35,849 nt of DNA from an uncultured Chitinophaga sp. (GTDB lineage Bacteria > Bacteroidota > Bacteroidia > M30B66). The notes below the pieces were generated by a model. That model did not search any database. It was not told the origin of the DNA and saw only the letters and a program-made list of their open reading frames with translations. Positions 8,498 through 15,950 of this stretch are shown here, piece after piece (position 1 is the stretch's first letter; every line of letters begins with the position of its first letter). A program made the translations under genes and the position numbers. The stretch is taken from contig CAZVHF010000002.1 in the NCBI GenBank assembly GCA_964627105.1, positions 10,007 to 45,855 on the forward strand, given 5' to 3'.

Positions 8498-9743
8498 TGC
8501 GGTTTCGGTTTGGATTGGGCTGCTGCCCTTGACGATTTCGGTTCGGGTTTGGTTTAGAATTAGGATTCGGGTTTTGGACCGCACGGTTTTGTCCTTCGGG
8601 TGCAGCCGTCTGGCGGTTACGGTTATCGGGCTTACGTTTTTTCTTTTTGTTGCGCGATTTGTCGAAACGCGTGAGGCTATCCTGGCCAACTACGTTTTCG
8701 TAATCGGGCGTTTTTTCAACGCGTACAATTTCCTTCTCGCTCAACAAAGCATCCGGTTTTTGCCCCGTTTTATTGAGTTCGATAATCTCTTTAACACGCG
8801 CAACCGGAACGGCGATGAAGTTCCCCGGATCGTCGGCATAGGCGTAATACAAGATGCGACGAAAGATGTCGGTCTTTTGGTGAAAGGCGCCACCTTTATT
8901 CGTTTCGAGACGTACGTTGGTTTCGGGAAACTCTTTCAGCGCGTCGATGTATGAATCGAGTTCGTAATTGAGGCAGCATTTCAGTTTACCACATTGCCCG
9001 GCAAGCTTTTGTGGGTTTAGCGAAAGTTGTTGGTAACGCGCAGCGGATGTGTTTACTGAACGAAAATCGCGCAACCAGGTCGAACAGCACAATTCGCGGC
9101 CGCAGGATCCAATTCCACCAACGCGGGCGCTTTCCTGCCTCGAGCCAATCTGTTTCATTTCAATACGCACCTTAAACTCATCGGCCAAATGGCGAATCAA
9201 TTCGCGAAAATCAACCCGATCGTCGGCGGTATAATAGAAAATCGCTTTTGCACCATCGCCCTGAAATTCAACATCGCTGATTTTCATGTTGAGTTTAAGT
9301 TCGGTAGCAAAAGCTCGAGCCCTTAACATGGTAGGCGTTTCGCGGTCAACAGCTTGTTGCCACTTTTCGATATCGGCCGGTCGAGCCTTTCGGTAAACGG
9401 TCTTAAGCTGGTGTTCGTTGATGTTTCCCAATTTCTTCATTTGGAGTCGCACCAATTCGCCGGTCATCGAAACCATGCCTAAATCGTGACCAGGACTGGC
9501 TTCAACGGCTACGGCATCGCCAACGGCAAGCCCCGTGTTTTCGCCCACCTTGAAAAACTCTTTGCGTGAATTTTTAAAGCGCACCTCGACGATGGAGTTC
9601 GACGCCATCCCGCTGGGCTGCTGCATATTGGCGAGCCAATCGAACACCGGCAACTTCGTACATCCTCCGGCACCACACGCCCCATTATTTTTACATCCGG
9701 CTGGCAAACCGCCACGACCAGAAGAGCAACTGCTACAAGCCAT
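8487..9743 (-). CDS. ricT: PSP1 domain protein (RicT/YaaT-like)
   Basis: 418 aa with a PSP1 C-terminal domain block (IEMKQIGSRQESARVGGIGSCGRELCCSTWLRDFRSVNTSAARYQQLSLNPQKLAGQCGKLKCCLNYE). Sits downstream of holB, as in Bacillus. Has a Cys-rich N-terminus and a basic, Asn/Pro-rich C-terminal tail. Confidence 0.85.
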   Translation of the reverse strand: MACSSCSSGRGGLPAGCKNNGACGAGGCTKLPVFDWLANMQQPSGMASNSIVEVRFKNSRKEFFKVGENTGLAVGDAVAVEASPGHDLGMVSMTGELVRLQMKKLGNINEHQLKTVYRKARPADIEKWQQAVDRETPTMLRARAFATELKLNMKISDVEFQGDGAKAIFYYTADDRVDFRELIRHLADEFKVRIEMKQIGSRQESARVGGIGSCGRELCCSTWLRDFRSVNTSAARYQQLSLNPQKLAGQCGKLKCCLNYELDSYIDALKEFPETNVRLETNKGGAFHQKTDIFRRILYYAYADDPGNFIAVPVARVKEIIELNKTGQKPDALLSEKEIVRVEKTPDYENVVGQDSLTRFDKSRNKKKKRKPDNRNRQTAAPEGQNRAVQNPNPNSKPNPNRNRQGQQPNPNRNRNAQ

Positions 9744-9820
9744 TTATAAAATTCTATATGATAAACGGGAATATCCCGACCCGACAAAGCTACATAATTT
9801 ATCGGGTTAACCGCATGGCA

Positions 9821-10966
9821 TCAAGCCGTAGTGCGGGCAAATTTCTCTTTACGAAACACATCAGAAATCAACAGACTCGCATCAAAAAAAACGATTTTCC
9901 CATTTCCGTTTCGCTCGATGTGTAGGAGCGCATCGTTTACAAACGTGGTAATCGTTTCGTAGTTTCCGGGGTGAAAAAAGCGGGCGAACTTATCGAGAAA
10001 TGCATTTTCGCTATCTGTAAGCCGGTTCAAAGATGCCTGGTGGTTTTTTAATACGGTTTGGCGAATCATGAACAGGCCGTAGGTTAGAAACCCCTTCTGC
10101 CATTCGCGTCCCAGCTTATGAAATTGGTCGGTAAGCGAAATTAGGTCGCTAATGTTGTACGTGTAGCAGCCAAGCATCCATGATCGAAATAATCCCAGTT
10201 GTTCGTCAGACTCGTCTTGATTCTCAACCAGCCAGCGCGCAACCGAGGCATTTCCCTCGGCAATTTCGGCGGCTTTACGGCACTTCTCGCGTGATGCACC
10301 GCAGAGCGAATGCACGATTTCGGCGCATTCATCGACGCTATAACGATCAATTTTCTGCATCTGCGCCCGCGACAAGATTGTTGCCAGTAAATCCTGCGGA
10401 CGCTCTGAAACAAGCATGATTAGGGTTCGGTCGCTAGGTTCTTCGAGGGTTTTAAGCAAGCGGTTTGCTGCCTGCACGTTCATCAGTTCGGGTAGCCAGA
10501 TGATGAAGATTTTAAACCCGTCTTCGACCGCAACCATTCCAATTTGGCGGATAATTTCGTTGGCTTCGTCGGCGTAAATGGATGGGACCTTATTGCCGGC
10601 ATCGATCCAGTCGGACCAGTTTTCGAGACTTAAATACGGATTCTGCAGAAATGCTTCGCGGAATTCGGCAATGTATTCGGCCGAAAGCCCTTTGCTTTTG
10701 CTGTCTTCTTTAATTGCCGGAAACGTAAAATGCACATCCGGATGAACAAGCTTATTCATCTTTATGCACGATGAGCAGGTGCCACAAGCGTCTTCGGCGC
10801 TTGTGTTTTCGCACCTAAGGTAACGCGCGTATGCAATGGCAAGCGGTAAGGCTCCACAGCCTTCGGGACCGGCGAAAAGCTGTGTGTGCGCAATACGTCC
10901 CTCGAGCGCATTGGCTATGAGCTTCTTTTTGAGCGCCGAATGTCCGATGACTTGCGAAAACAGCAT
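9821..10966 (-). CDS. holB: DNA polymerase III subunit delta'
   Basis: 381 aa. AAA-like N-domain lacking a canonical P-loop Lys (FAGPEGCGALPLA). Zn-module CGTCSSCIKMNKLVHPDVHF and sensor region ANRLLKTLEEP are present. Confidence 0.85.
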   Translation of the reverse strand: MLFSQVIGHSALKKKLIANALEGRIAHTQLFAGPEGCGALPLAIAYARYLRCENTSAEDACGTCSSCIKMNKLVHPDVHFTFPAIKEDSKSKGLSAEYIAEFREAFLQNPYLSLENWSDWIDAGNKVPSIYADEANEIIRQIGMVAVEDGFKIFIIWLPELMNVQAANRLLKTLEEPSDRTLIMLVSERPQDLLATILSRAQMQKIDRYSVDECAEIVHSLCGASREKCRKAAEIAEGNASVARWLVENQDESDEQLGLFRSWMLGCYTYNISDLISLTDQFHKLGREWQKGFLTYGLFMIRQTVLKNHQASLNRLTDSENAFLDKFARFFHPGNYETITTFVNDALLHIERNGNGKIVFFDASLLISDVFRKEKFARTTA

Positions 10967-11018
10967 GCTTCAAAGCTAATCAAAAACAGAACAGCCGAAA
11001 TGGATAGGTGGGAGATTG

Positions 11019-11921
11019 ATGAAATATTCCGAAATTCGCTTCGTGGAACAAAAACAGGAAACGGCTTTTCAGCGTCTGCTGCGCAAGTTAAAGTTCAAGT
11101 ACCGGTTGGTTGTGATGAACGACGAAACCTACGAAGAGCGTTATTCGCTGAAGCTGTCGCAGTTGAATTTGTTTACTGCGCTTGGCATCCTAACCATATC
11201 GCTCATTTTAATCACCACCTGGGTTATTGCCTTTACTCCCTTGAAAGAGTATATTCCGGGTTACTCGAACGATGTATCGATGCGCCGAACCATTATCCAA
11301 CTCGCCGAGAAAATTGATTCGCTCGAGAAGGATGCAACGGGAAAGAAATTGCTGCTCGAAAACATCCGCCAGATTATCGATGGAGGTGTTCGGCGCGATT
11401 CGATAAAACCACGTGGAGGAGAAAAGCCGCAGACACAGGCCGCAAAGCTCAATCCCAGCAGCGAAGAAGCGAAGTTTAGGCAGGAGGTTGAGCAGCAGGA
11501 TCGGTACGATATCAACGAACGATTTTCGACTTCGCGTCTTAGCGAAATCAGCAATTATTACTTTTTCACACCATTAAAAGGCCGTCTTACAACGGTTTTC
11601 AATCCGGCCGAGCGGCATTACGGGCTCGACATTGTAGCGCCTCGCAATGAGTCGGTAAAAGCCACGCTCGATGGCACGGTGATTTTTGCCGGCTGGACAT
11701 CAGAATCGGGACACGTGATTCATATTCAGCATGCGAACAACCTTGTTTCGGTTTACGAACACAATGCGGTGCTGTTGAAAAAAGAAGGGCAAACCGTAAA
11801 AGCGGGCGAGGCCATCGCAATTACCGGAAACTCGGGCGAGCTTACCACGGCACCGCATCTGCATTTCGAACTTTGGTACGATGGTAAGCCCATAGATCCG
11901 CGCGATTTCATGGTTTTTTGA
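11019..11921 (+). CDS. M23 family metallopeptidase (LytM domain), membrane anchored
   Basis: One N-terminal TM and a coiled-coil linker. LytM block HYGLDIVAP...GHVIHIQH...GNSGELTTAPHLHFELWYDGKPIDP. The ORF-track start at 11016 is TTG, and the ATG is at 11019. Confidence 0.85.
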   Translation: MKYSEIRFVEQKQETAFQRLLRKLKFKYRLVVMNDETYEERYSLKLSQLNLFTALGILTISLILITTWVIAFTPLKEYIPGYSNDVSMRRTIIQLAEKIDSLEKDATGKKLLLENIRQIIDGGVRRDSIKPRGGEKPQTQAAKLNPSSEEAKFRQEVEQQDRYDINERFSTSRLSEISNYYFFTPLKGRLTTVFNPAERHYGLDIVAPRNESVKATLDGTVIFAGWTSESGHVIHIQHANNLVSVYEHNAVLLKKEGQTVKAGEAIAITGNSGELTTAPHLHFELWYDGKPIDPRDFMVF

Positions 11922-11946
11922 TTCAACAATTATTCGGGTGAATTTT

Positions 11947-11954
11947 TACCTTTG
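11947..11954 (+). promoter_or_regulatory. candidate -7 box (TACCTTTG) in front of the GH3-family gene
   Basis: Exact TAnnTTTG match, 11 nt upstream of the ATG at 11965. It would imply a very short leader. Confidence 0.2.
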
Positions 11955-11964
11955 AAACGCAACC

Positions 11965-13476
11965 ATGGGACTAAAATCGATACTTGCAAAACCTTTAGCA
12001 GCGCTGGTTGCGGCCAATGTGCGCAAGTGGAGCATGAATCCGGTTGCCACCCAGCAAAAGGTTTTTCGGAAACTAATTGCCTCGGCCCGGAATACACAAT
12101 TTGGCAAGGAGCATCAATTTGAAGGGATTGTAACGTATGAGGATTTTAAAAAGCACGTTCCGGTTCGCGATTACGAAGGGTTCCGCTCATACATCGAGCA
12201 AATTAAAAACGGCGCATCGGATGTACTTTGGCCCGGTAAGCCTATATATTTCTGTAAAACATCGGGAACAACATCCGGTACGAAATACATCCCAATTAGC
12301 CGCGACTCGATTCACAACCACATTAGTTCGGCCAGAAATGCGCTACTCACCTACATTCACGAAAGCGGCAATGCGAAGTTTCTGGATGGGAATTTAATTT
12401 TCCTTTCGGGAAGTCCGGTTTTATCGGAGGTGGGCGGCATACCACTCGGACGGCTGAGTGGTATTGTGAACCATCACGTTCCGGGTTATTTGCGCCGCAA
12501 TCAATTGCCCAGTTACGAAACCAATTGCATCGAAGACTGGGAAACCAAAGTGCGCAAAATTGCCGACGAAACCAGCGACAAGCCGATGTCGCTCATCAGT
12601 GGCATTCCATCGTGGGTGCAGATGTATTTCGAGATATTGCAGGAAAAGCGCGAAGGCAAACCCATCAAGGACATCTTTCCTGAGTTTTCGGTATTTGTTT
12701 ATGGTGGCGTGAATTATGAACCCTACCGTGCACGTTTTGAGAAGCTGATTGGAAAACGGGTTGATTCGGTGGAGCTCTTTCCGGCATCGGAAGGATTCTT
12801 TGCCTATCAAGATAAACAGCCATCTGAAGGCTTGTTACTTTTGCTCGATACCGGAATCTTCTATGAATTTATTCCCGTTGACGAGTTTTTTACCGAGAAT
12901 CCGCGCAGGCTGAGTATCGGTGAAGTGGAGCTGGGTGTAAATTATGCTTTGATTTTAAGCAACAACGCCGGACTGTGGGCATATAACATTGGCGACACGG
13001 TGAAGTTTGTGAGCAAAAATCCGTATCGGATTGTGGTTACTGGTCGGATTAAGCATTTTACATCGGCATTTGGCGAACATGTTATAGCCGAAGAGGTGGA
13101 GCAGGCTTTAAAAGAAGCAGCAAAAGACGAACAGGTTGAGGTGGTAGAATTTACAGTTGCTCCGCAGGTTACGCCCAACGATGGTTTGCCATATCACGAA
13201 TGGTTTGTAGAGTTTGGCCATTTACCTGCCGATCCCGAACGCTTTCGGATGAAAATAGACGAGGCGCTTCAACAGCGGAATATTTATTACAAAGATTTAA
13301 TCAGGGGCAATGTCTTAAAGCCATTGGTAATTCGAAGTGTTGAGAAAGATTCGTTCATTCAATACATGAAGACACAGGGGAAACTTGGCGGACAAAACAA
13401 GGTGCCACGCCTGAGTAACGATCGAAAAATAGCAGATGCGCTAAGTGAATATATATCAAACAGTTGGGGTGGTTAA
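11965..13476 (+). CDS. GH3 (auxin-responsive-promoter family) acyl-adenylate-forming enzyme homologue
   Basis: 503 aa. Adenylation-type motif FCKTSGTTSGTKYIPIS, then YGGVNYEPY and YNIGDTVKF blocks as in the GH3/JAR1 superfamily. Confidence 0.8.
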   Translation: MGLKSILAKPLAALVAANVRKWSMNPVATQQKVFRKLIASARNTQFGKEHQFEGIVTYEDFKKHVPVRDYEGFRSYIEQIKNGASDVLWPGKPIYFCKTSGTTSGTKYIPISRDSIHNHISSARNALLTYIHESGNAKFLDGNLIFLSGSPVLSEVGGIPLGRLSGIVNHHVPGYLRRNQLPSYETNCIEDWETKVRKIADETSDKPMSLISGIPSWVQMYFEILQEKREGKPIKDIFPEFSVFVYGGVNYEPYRARFEKLIGKRVDSVELFPASEGFFAYQDKQPSEGLLLLLDTGIFYEFIPVDEFFTENPRRLSIGEVELGVNYALILSNNAGLWAYNIGDTVKFVSKNPYRIVVTGRIKHFTSAFGEHVIAEEVEQALKEAAKDEQVEVVEFTVAPQVTPNDGLPYHEWFVEFGHLPADPERFRMKIDEALQQRNIYYKDLIRGNVLKPLVIRSVEKDSFIQYMKTQGKLGGQNKVPRLSNDRKIADALSEYISNSWGG

Positions 13477-13523
13477 TTTTGGCATTGTACTTGCCAAGCA
13501 GAGCCGCCGAAAAAGAAGAAACC

Positions 13524-13937
13524 ATGAACAAACACCTGAAGTTTTTACCACGAATCATTGTAATTGGTCTTTTGTTTTTCGCATCTTGTGCTGATGACGA
13601 GGAGATTCTGCCGGATGCTGATCCCCGCGATAAATTTGTTGGAACATGGACGGTTTCTGAGACCATAAATCAGGTTAGCGTTCCGGGATATACTTCGGTG
13701 GTTATTTTAGACACAGCAAATACTAGCCGGATTTTAATCAGCAATCCCAATAATCTTGGCTCCTCGTTAAGCTTGAAAGCAATCGTTGCCGGGAACTCTT
13801 TGTCTATTGACCTTCAAAACATCTCTGGAATTCCCATTCAGGGTAGCGGTACCTATTCAAACAATTCATTTGTGCTTAATTACACCATTGACGAAGGCGA
13901 TGGTCCAATTCCAGTGAAATCAACCTACACACGTTAA
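13524..13937 (+). CDS. small lipocalin-like lipoprotein (hypothetical)
   Basis: The ORF-track start at 13464 overlaps the GH3 gene. The internal ATG at 13524 gives MNKHLKFLPRIIVIGLLFFASC (lipobox) followed by DKFVGTWTVSE, a lipocalin-like-domain type start. 137 aa. Confidence 0.55.
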   Translation: MNKHLKFLPRIIVIGLLFFASCADDEEILPDADPRDKFVGTWTVSETINQVSVPGYTSVVILDTANTSRILISNPNNLGSSLSLKAIVAGNSLSIDLQNISGIPIQGSGTYSNNSFVLNYTIDEGDGPIPVKSTYTR

Positions 13938-13956
13938 TCAAAAACCCAAACATACC

Positions 13957-14550
13957 ATGAAAGTTACCAATCTAATCCTAGCTGCTTTTTTACTTGGTGC
14001 AACAACTTTTTTTAATTCCTGTGCCCGCCGCACCGTTACAAGAGTCGAACCCAATAAAGTGATGGACCTAAGTGGGCGCTGGAACGAAACCGATGCCCGT
14101 TTGTGTGCCGAGACACTCGTTTCGCAGGCGCTTGGTGGCGACTGGCTGGGTAATTTCTCGAACGAACAGAAGCGCAAACCCGTTGTAGTGGTTGGCCTGG
14201 TTCGCAACAACAGCCACGAACATTTAGACACCGAAATTTTCATAAAGGATGTGGAGAAGGCGTTCATAAAAAGCAGCCTGATTCGTTTGGTGCAGGCCGG
14301 AGAACGTCGTAACGAACTGCGTGGCGAACGAGCCGACCAGCAAGATTTCGCGTCGCCCGAATCCATGAAGAAGTTTGGTAAAGAATTGGGTGCCGATTTC
14401 ATCATGCAGGGAACCGTAAAATCGATTGTAGACAGTTACGGAAAAGAAAAGACCACTTTTTGGCAGGTCGATCTTGAACTCACCAATCTCGAAACCAATG
14501 AAATTGTTTGGATTGGCGATTACAAGGGTAAAAAATACATCGTAAACTAA
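13957..14550 (+). CDS. LpoB-like lipoprotein (COG3417 / penicillin-binding-protein activator LpoB family)
   Basis: 197 aa with lipobox TTFFNSC. The pattern PVVVVGLVRNNSHEHLDTEIFIKDVEKAFIKSSLIRLV ... LGADFIMQGTV ... VDLELTNLETNEIVWIG parallels the E. coli LpoB globular domain (VDSVNNRT...FTLV...AHYVLYS...LVQTGEIIWSG). Confidence 0.68.
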   Translation: MKVTNLILAAFLLGATTFFNSCARRTVTRVEPNKVMDLSGRWNETDARLCAETLVSQALGGDWLGNFSNEQKRKPVVVVGLVRNNSHEHLDTEIFIKDVEKAFIKSSLIRLVQAGERRNELRGERADQQDFASPESMKKFGKELGADFIMQGTVKSIVDSYGKEKTTFWQVDLELTNLETNEIVWIGDYKGKKYIVN

Positions 14551-14564
14551 TTATACCAAAACGA

Positions 14565-15950
14565 ATGCGGCAAAGGGTATCCGGCGTTTTTCTTGCGCTG
14601 GCCATGCTGTTTTTATACCAATGCCGGCCTTATCACGTAAGGCAGCGAAATTTTGTTTCCGATATTGTGTATGAAGACTATTCGGATGCGCTAAGGCATT
14701 TGGAAAAGTCGGAAAAAAAAGGGCAAAGACCGCGCAATAAAACACTGCATCTGCTTAATTCGGCCTACACGCATTACCTGATGCGCGACTGGTCGGGCGC
14801 TCAGGCTTTGTTTCTTGAGGCCGACCGCCACATTGAAGATGCGCGCAAATCGCTTGGTTTGGAAGCCTTGTCGTTTTTGGTAAATCCTTCGGTTAAACCC
14901 TATGTGCCCGAAGATTTTGAGCGTGTTATGCTGCATTATGGCGCAGGGTTGTCGTATTTGGCCGAACGAAAATTTGAATCGGCCTTGGTTGAGTGCCGTA
15001 GGATGAACCTGTTGCTCAACAGCCTTTACGACCAGGCGAAAGAAAAACCGAAGTACAAGGCAGATGCATTTGGTCATTTGTTGATGGGTTTGATTTACGA
15101 GGCATCTGGCGACCCGAACAATGCTTTTATTGCTTACCGAAATGCTTACGAAATTTATGCAGGCGATTATACCAATTTCTTTTCTGTAGGCGCTCCCGAG
15201 CAGCTCAAGCGCGATATTATTCGCACGGCATTAAAAACCGGCTTCAAAGCGGAGGCCGAATATTACCGGAATTTATTCGGAATGCAGGAGGGCGGTCGCG
15301 AAGAAGCGGATGCGTCGCTCGTTGTATTTTGGAACAATGGATTGGTACCAGCGAAAGAACAATGGTCGCTCGATTTTGTGATTCTGCAGCAAAACGGATT
15401 CATTACTTTCTCGAATGTTAATCTGGGAATTACATTCACCTTTCCATCTTCGTCGGTGAGCTCGCAGGATGCCGGAAATCTGGCGGCTTTGAAAGTGTTT
15501 CGCATCGCTTTTCCAAAATTCACTTCACGTAAAAAAACATACAGTAATGCAGAAGTTTTACTGGAGGGCAAGCGCTATGCATTCGAGACGGCAGAGCCAC
15601 TCGACGCTATTGCGCACAAAAGTTTGAATGATCGCTTTATGCGCGAAATGGGGACCGCTCTGTTGCGCATGGCCGTGAAGAAGGCGGGCGAATATGCATT
15701 GAGGCAGCAAAATAAAGAAGCCGGAGCCGTTTTGGGCTTGGCGAATGCCATTACCGAACAGGCTGATACGCGCAGTTGGACCATCCTACCATCGGATGTG
15801 AGCTATGCCCGAATCCCATTAAAAACCGGGATCAACAAGCTCGTAGTAAAAAGCTTTAGGTTAAATGGTCCTCCCCGAAACGACACCATCGAGGTTAACG
15901 CGTCGAAGGGACGTATCTATTTCGAAAGCATCACGACCTTAAAACCTTAA
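14565..15950 (+). CDS. large envelope protein, TPR-like N-domain plus conserved C-domain (COG3014-like, function unknown)
   Basis: 461 aa. The signal or lipoprotein-like N-terminus (ALAMLFLYQC) is followed by helical-repeat sequence (AFIAYRNAYEIYAG). The C-terminal block ITEQADTRSWTILPSDVSYARIPL is one I associate with the COG3014 family. Lies 14 nt downstream of the LpoB-like gene. Confidence 0.55.
   Translation: MRQRVSGVFLALAMLFLYQCRPYHVRQRNFVSDIVYEDYSDALRHLEKSEKKGQRPRNKTLHLLNSAYTHYLMRDWSGAQALFLEADRHIEDARKSLGLEALSFLVNPSVKPYVPEDFERVMLHYGAGLSYLAERKFESALVECRRMNLLLNSLYDQAKEKPKYKADAFGHLLMGLIYEASGDPNNAFIAYRNAYEIYAGDYTNFFSVGAPEQLKRDIIRTALKTGFKAEAEYYRNLFGMQEGGREEADASLVVFWNNGLVPAKEQWSLDFVILQQNGFITFSNVNLGITFTFPSSSVSSQDAGNLAALKVFRIAFPKFTSRKKTYSNAEVLLEGKRYAFETAEPLDAIAHKSLNDRFMREMGTALLRMAVKKAGEYALRQQNKEAGAVLGLANAITEQADTRSWTILPSDVSYARIPLKTGINKLVVKSFRLNGPPRNDTIEVNASKGRIYFESITTLKP

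Noticed and set aside
8498-8689. N-terminal 64-codon extension of the gldH ORF in the track (start at 8689)
   Set aside because: It lies within the PSP1 gene's tail-coding region. The internal ATG at 8497 yields a canonical lipoprotein signal peptide and the expected GldH length of about 158 aa.
8412-8954. 180-aa plus-strand ORF
   Set aside because: It is antisense to the well-supported PSP1 gene and the gldH start, and no motifs are recognisable. It is stop-free probably because of the low-complexity sequence on the other strand.
10886-11317. 143-aa plus-strand ORF spanning the holB start and the M23 gene
   Set aside because: It overlaps two better-supported genes (holB on the minus strand and the M23 peptidase in another plus frame) and shows no family resemblance.
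13938-14405. 155-aa minus-strand ORF
   Set aside because: It is antisense to the LpoB-like gene, which has a clear lipobox and family pattern. Its translation is Ser/Arg/Pro-rich and non-protein-like.
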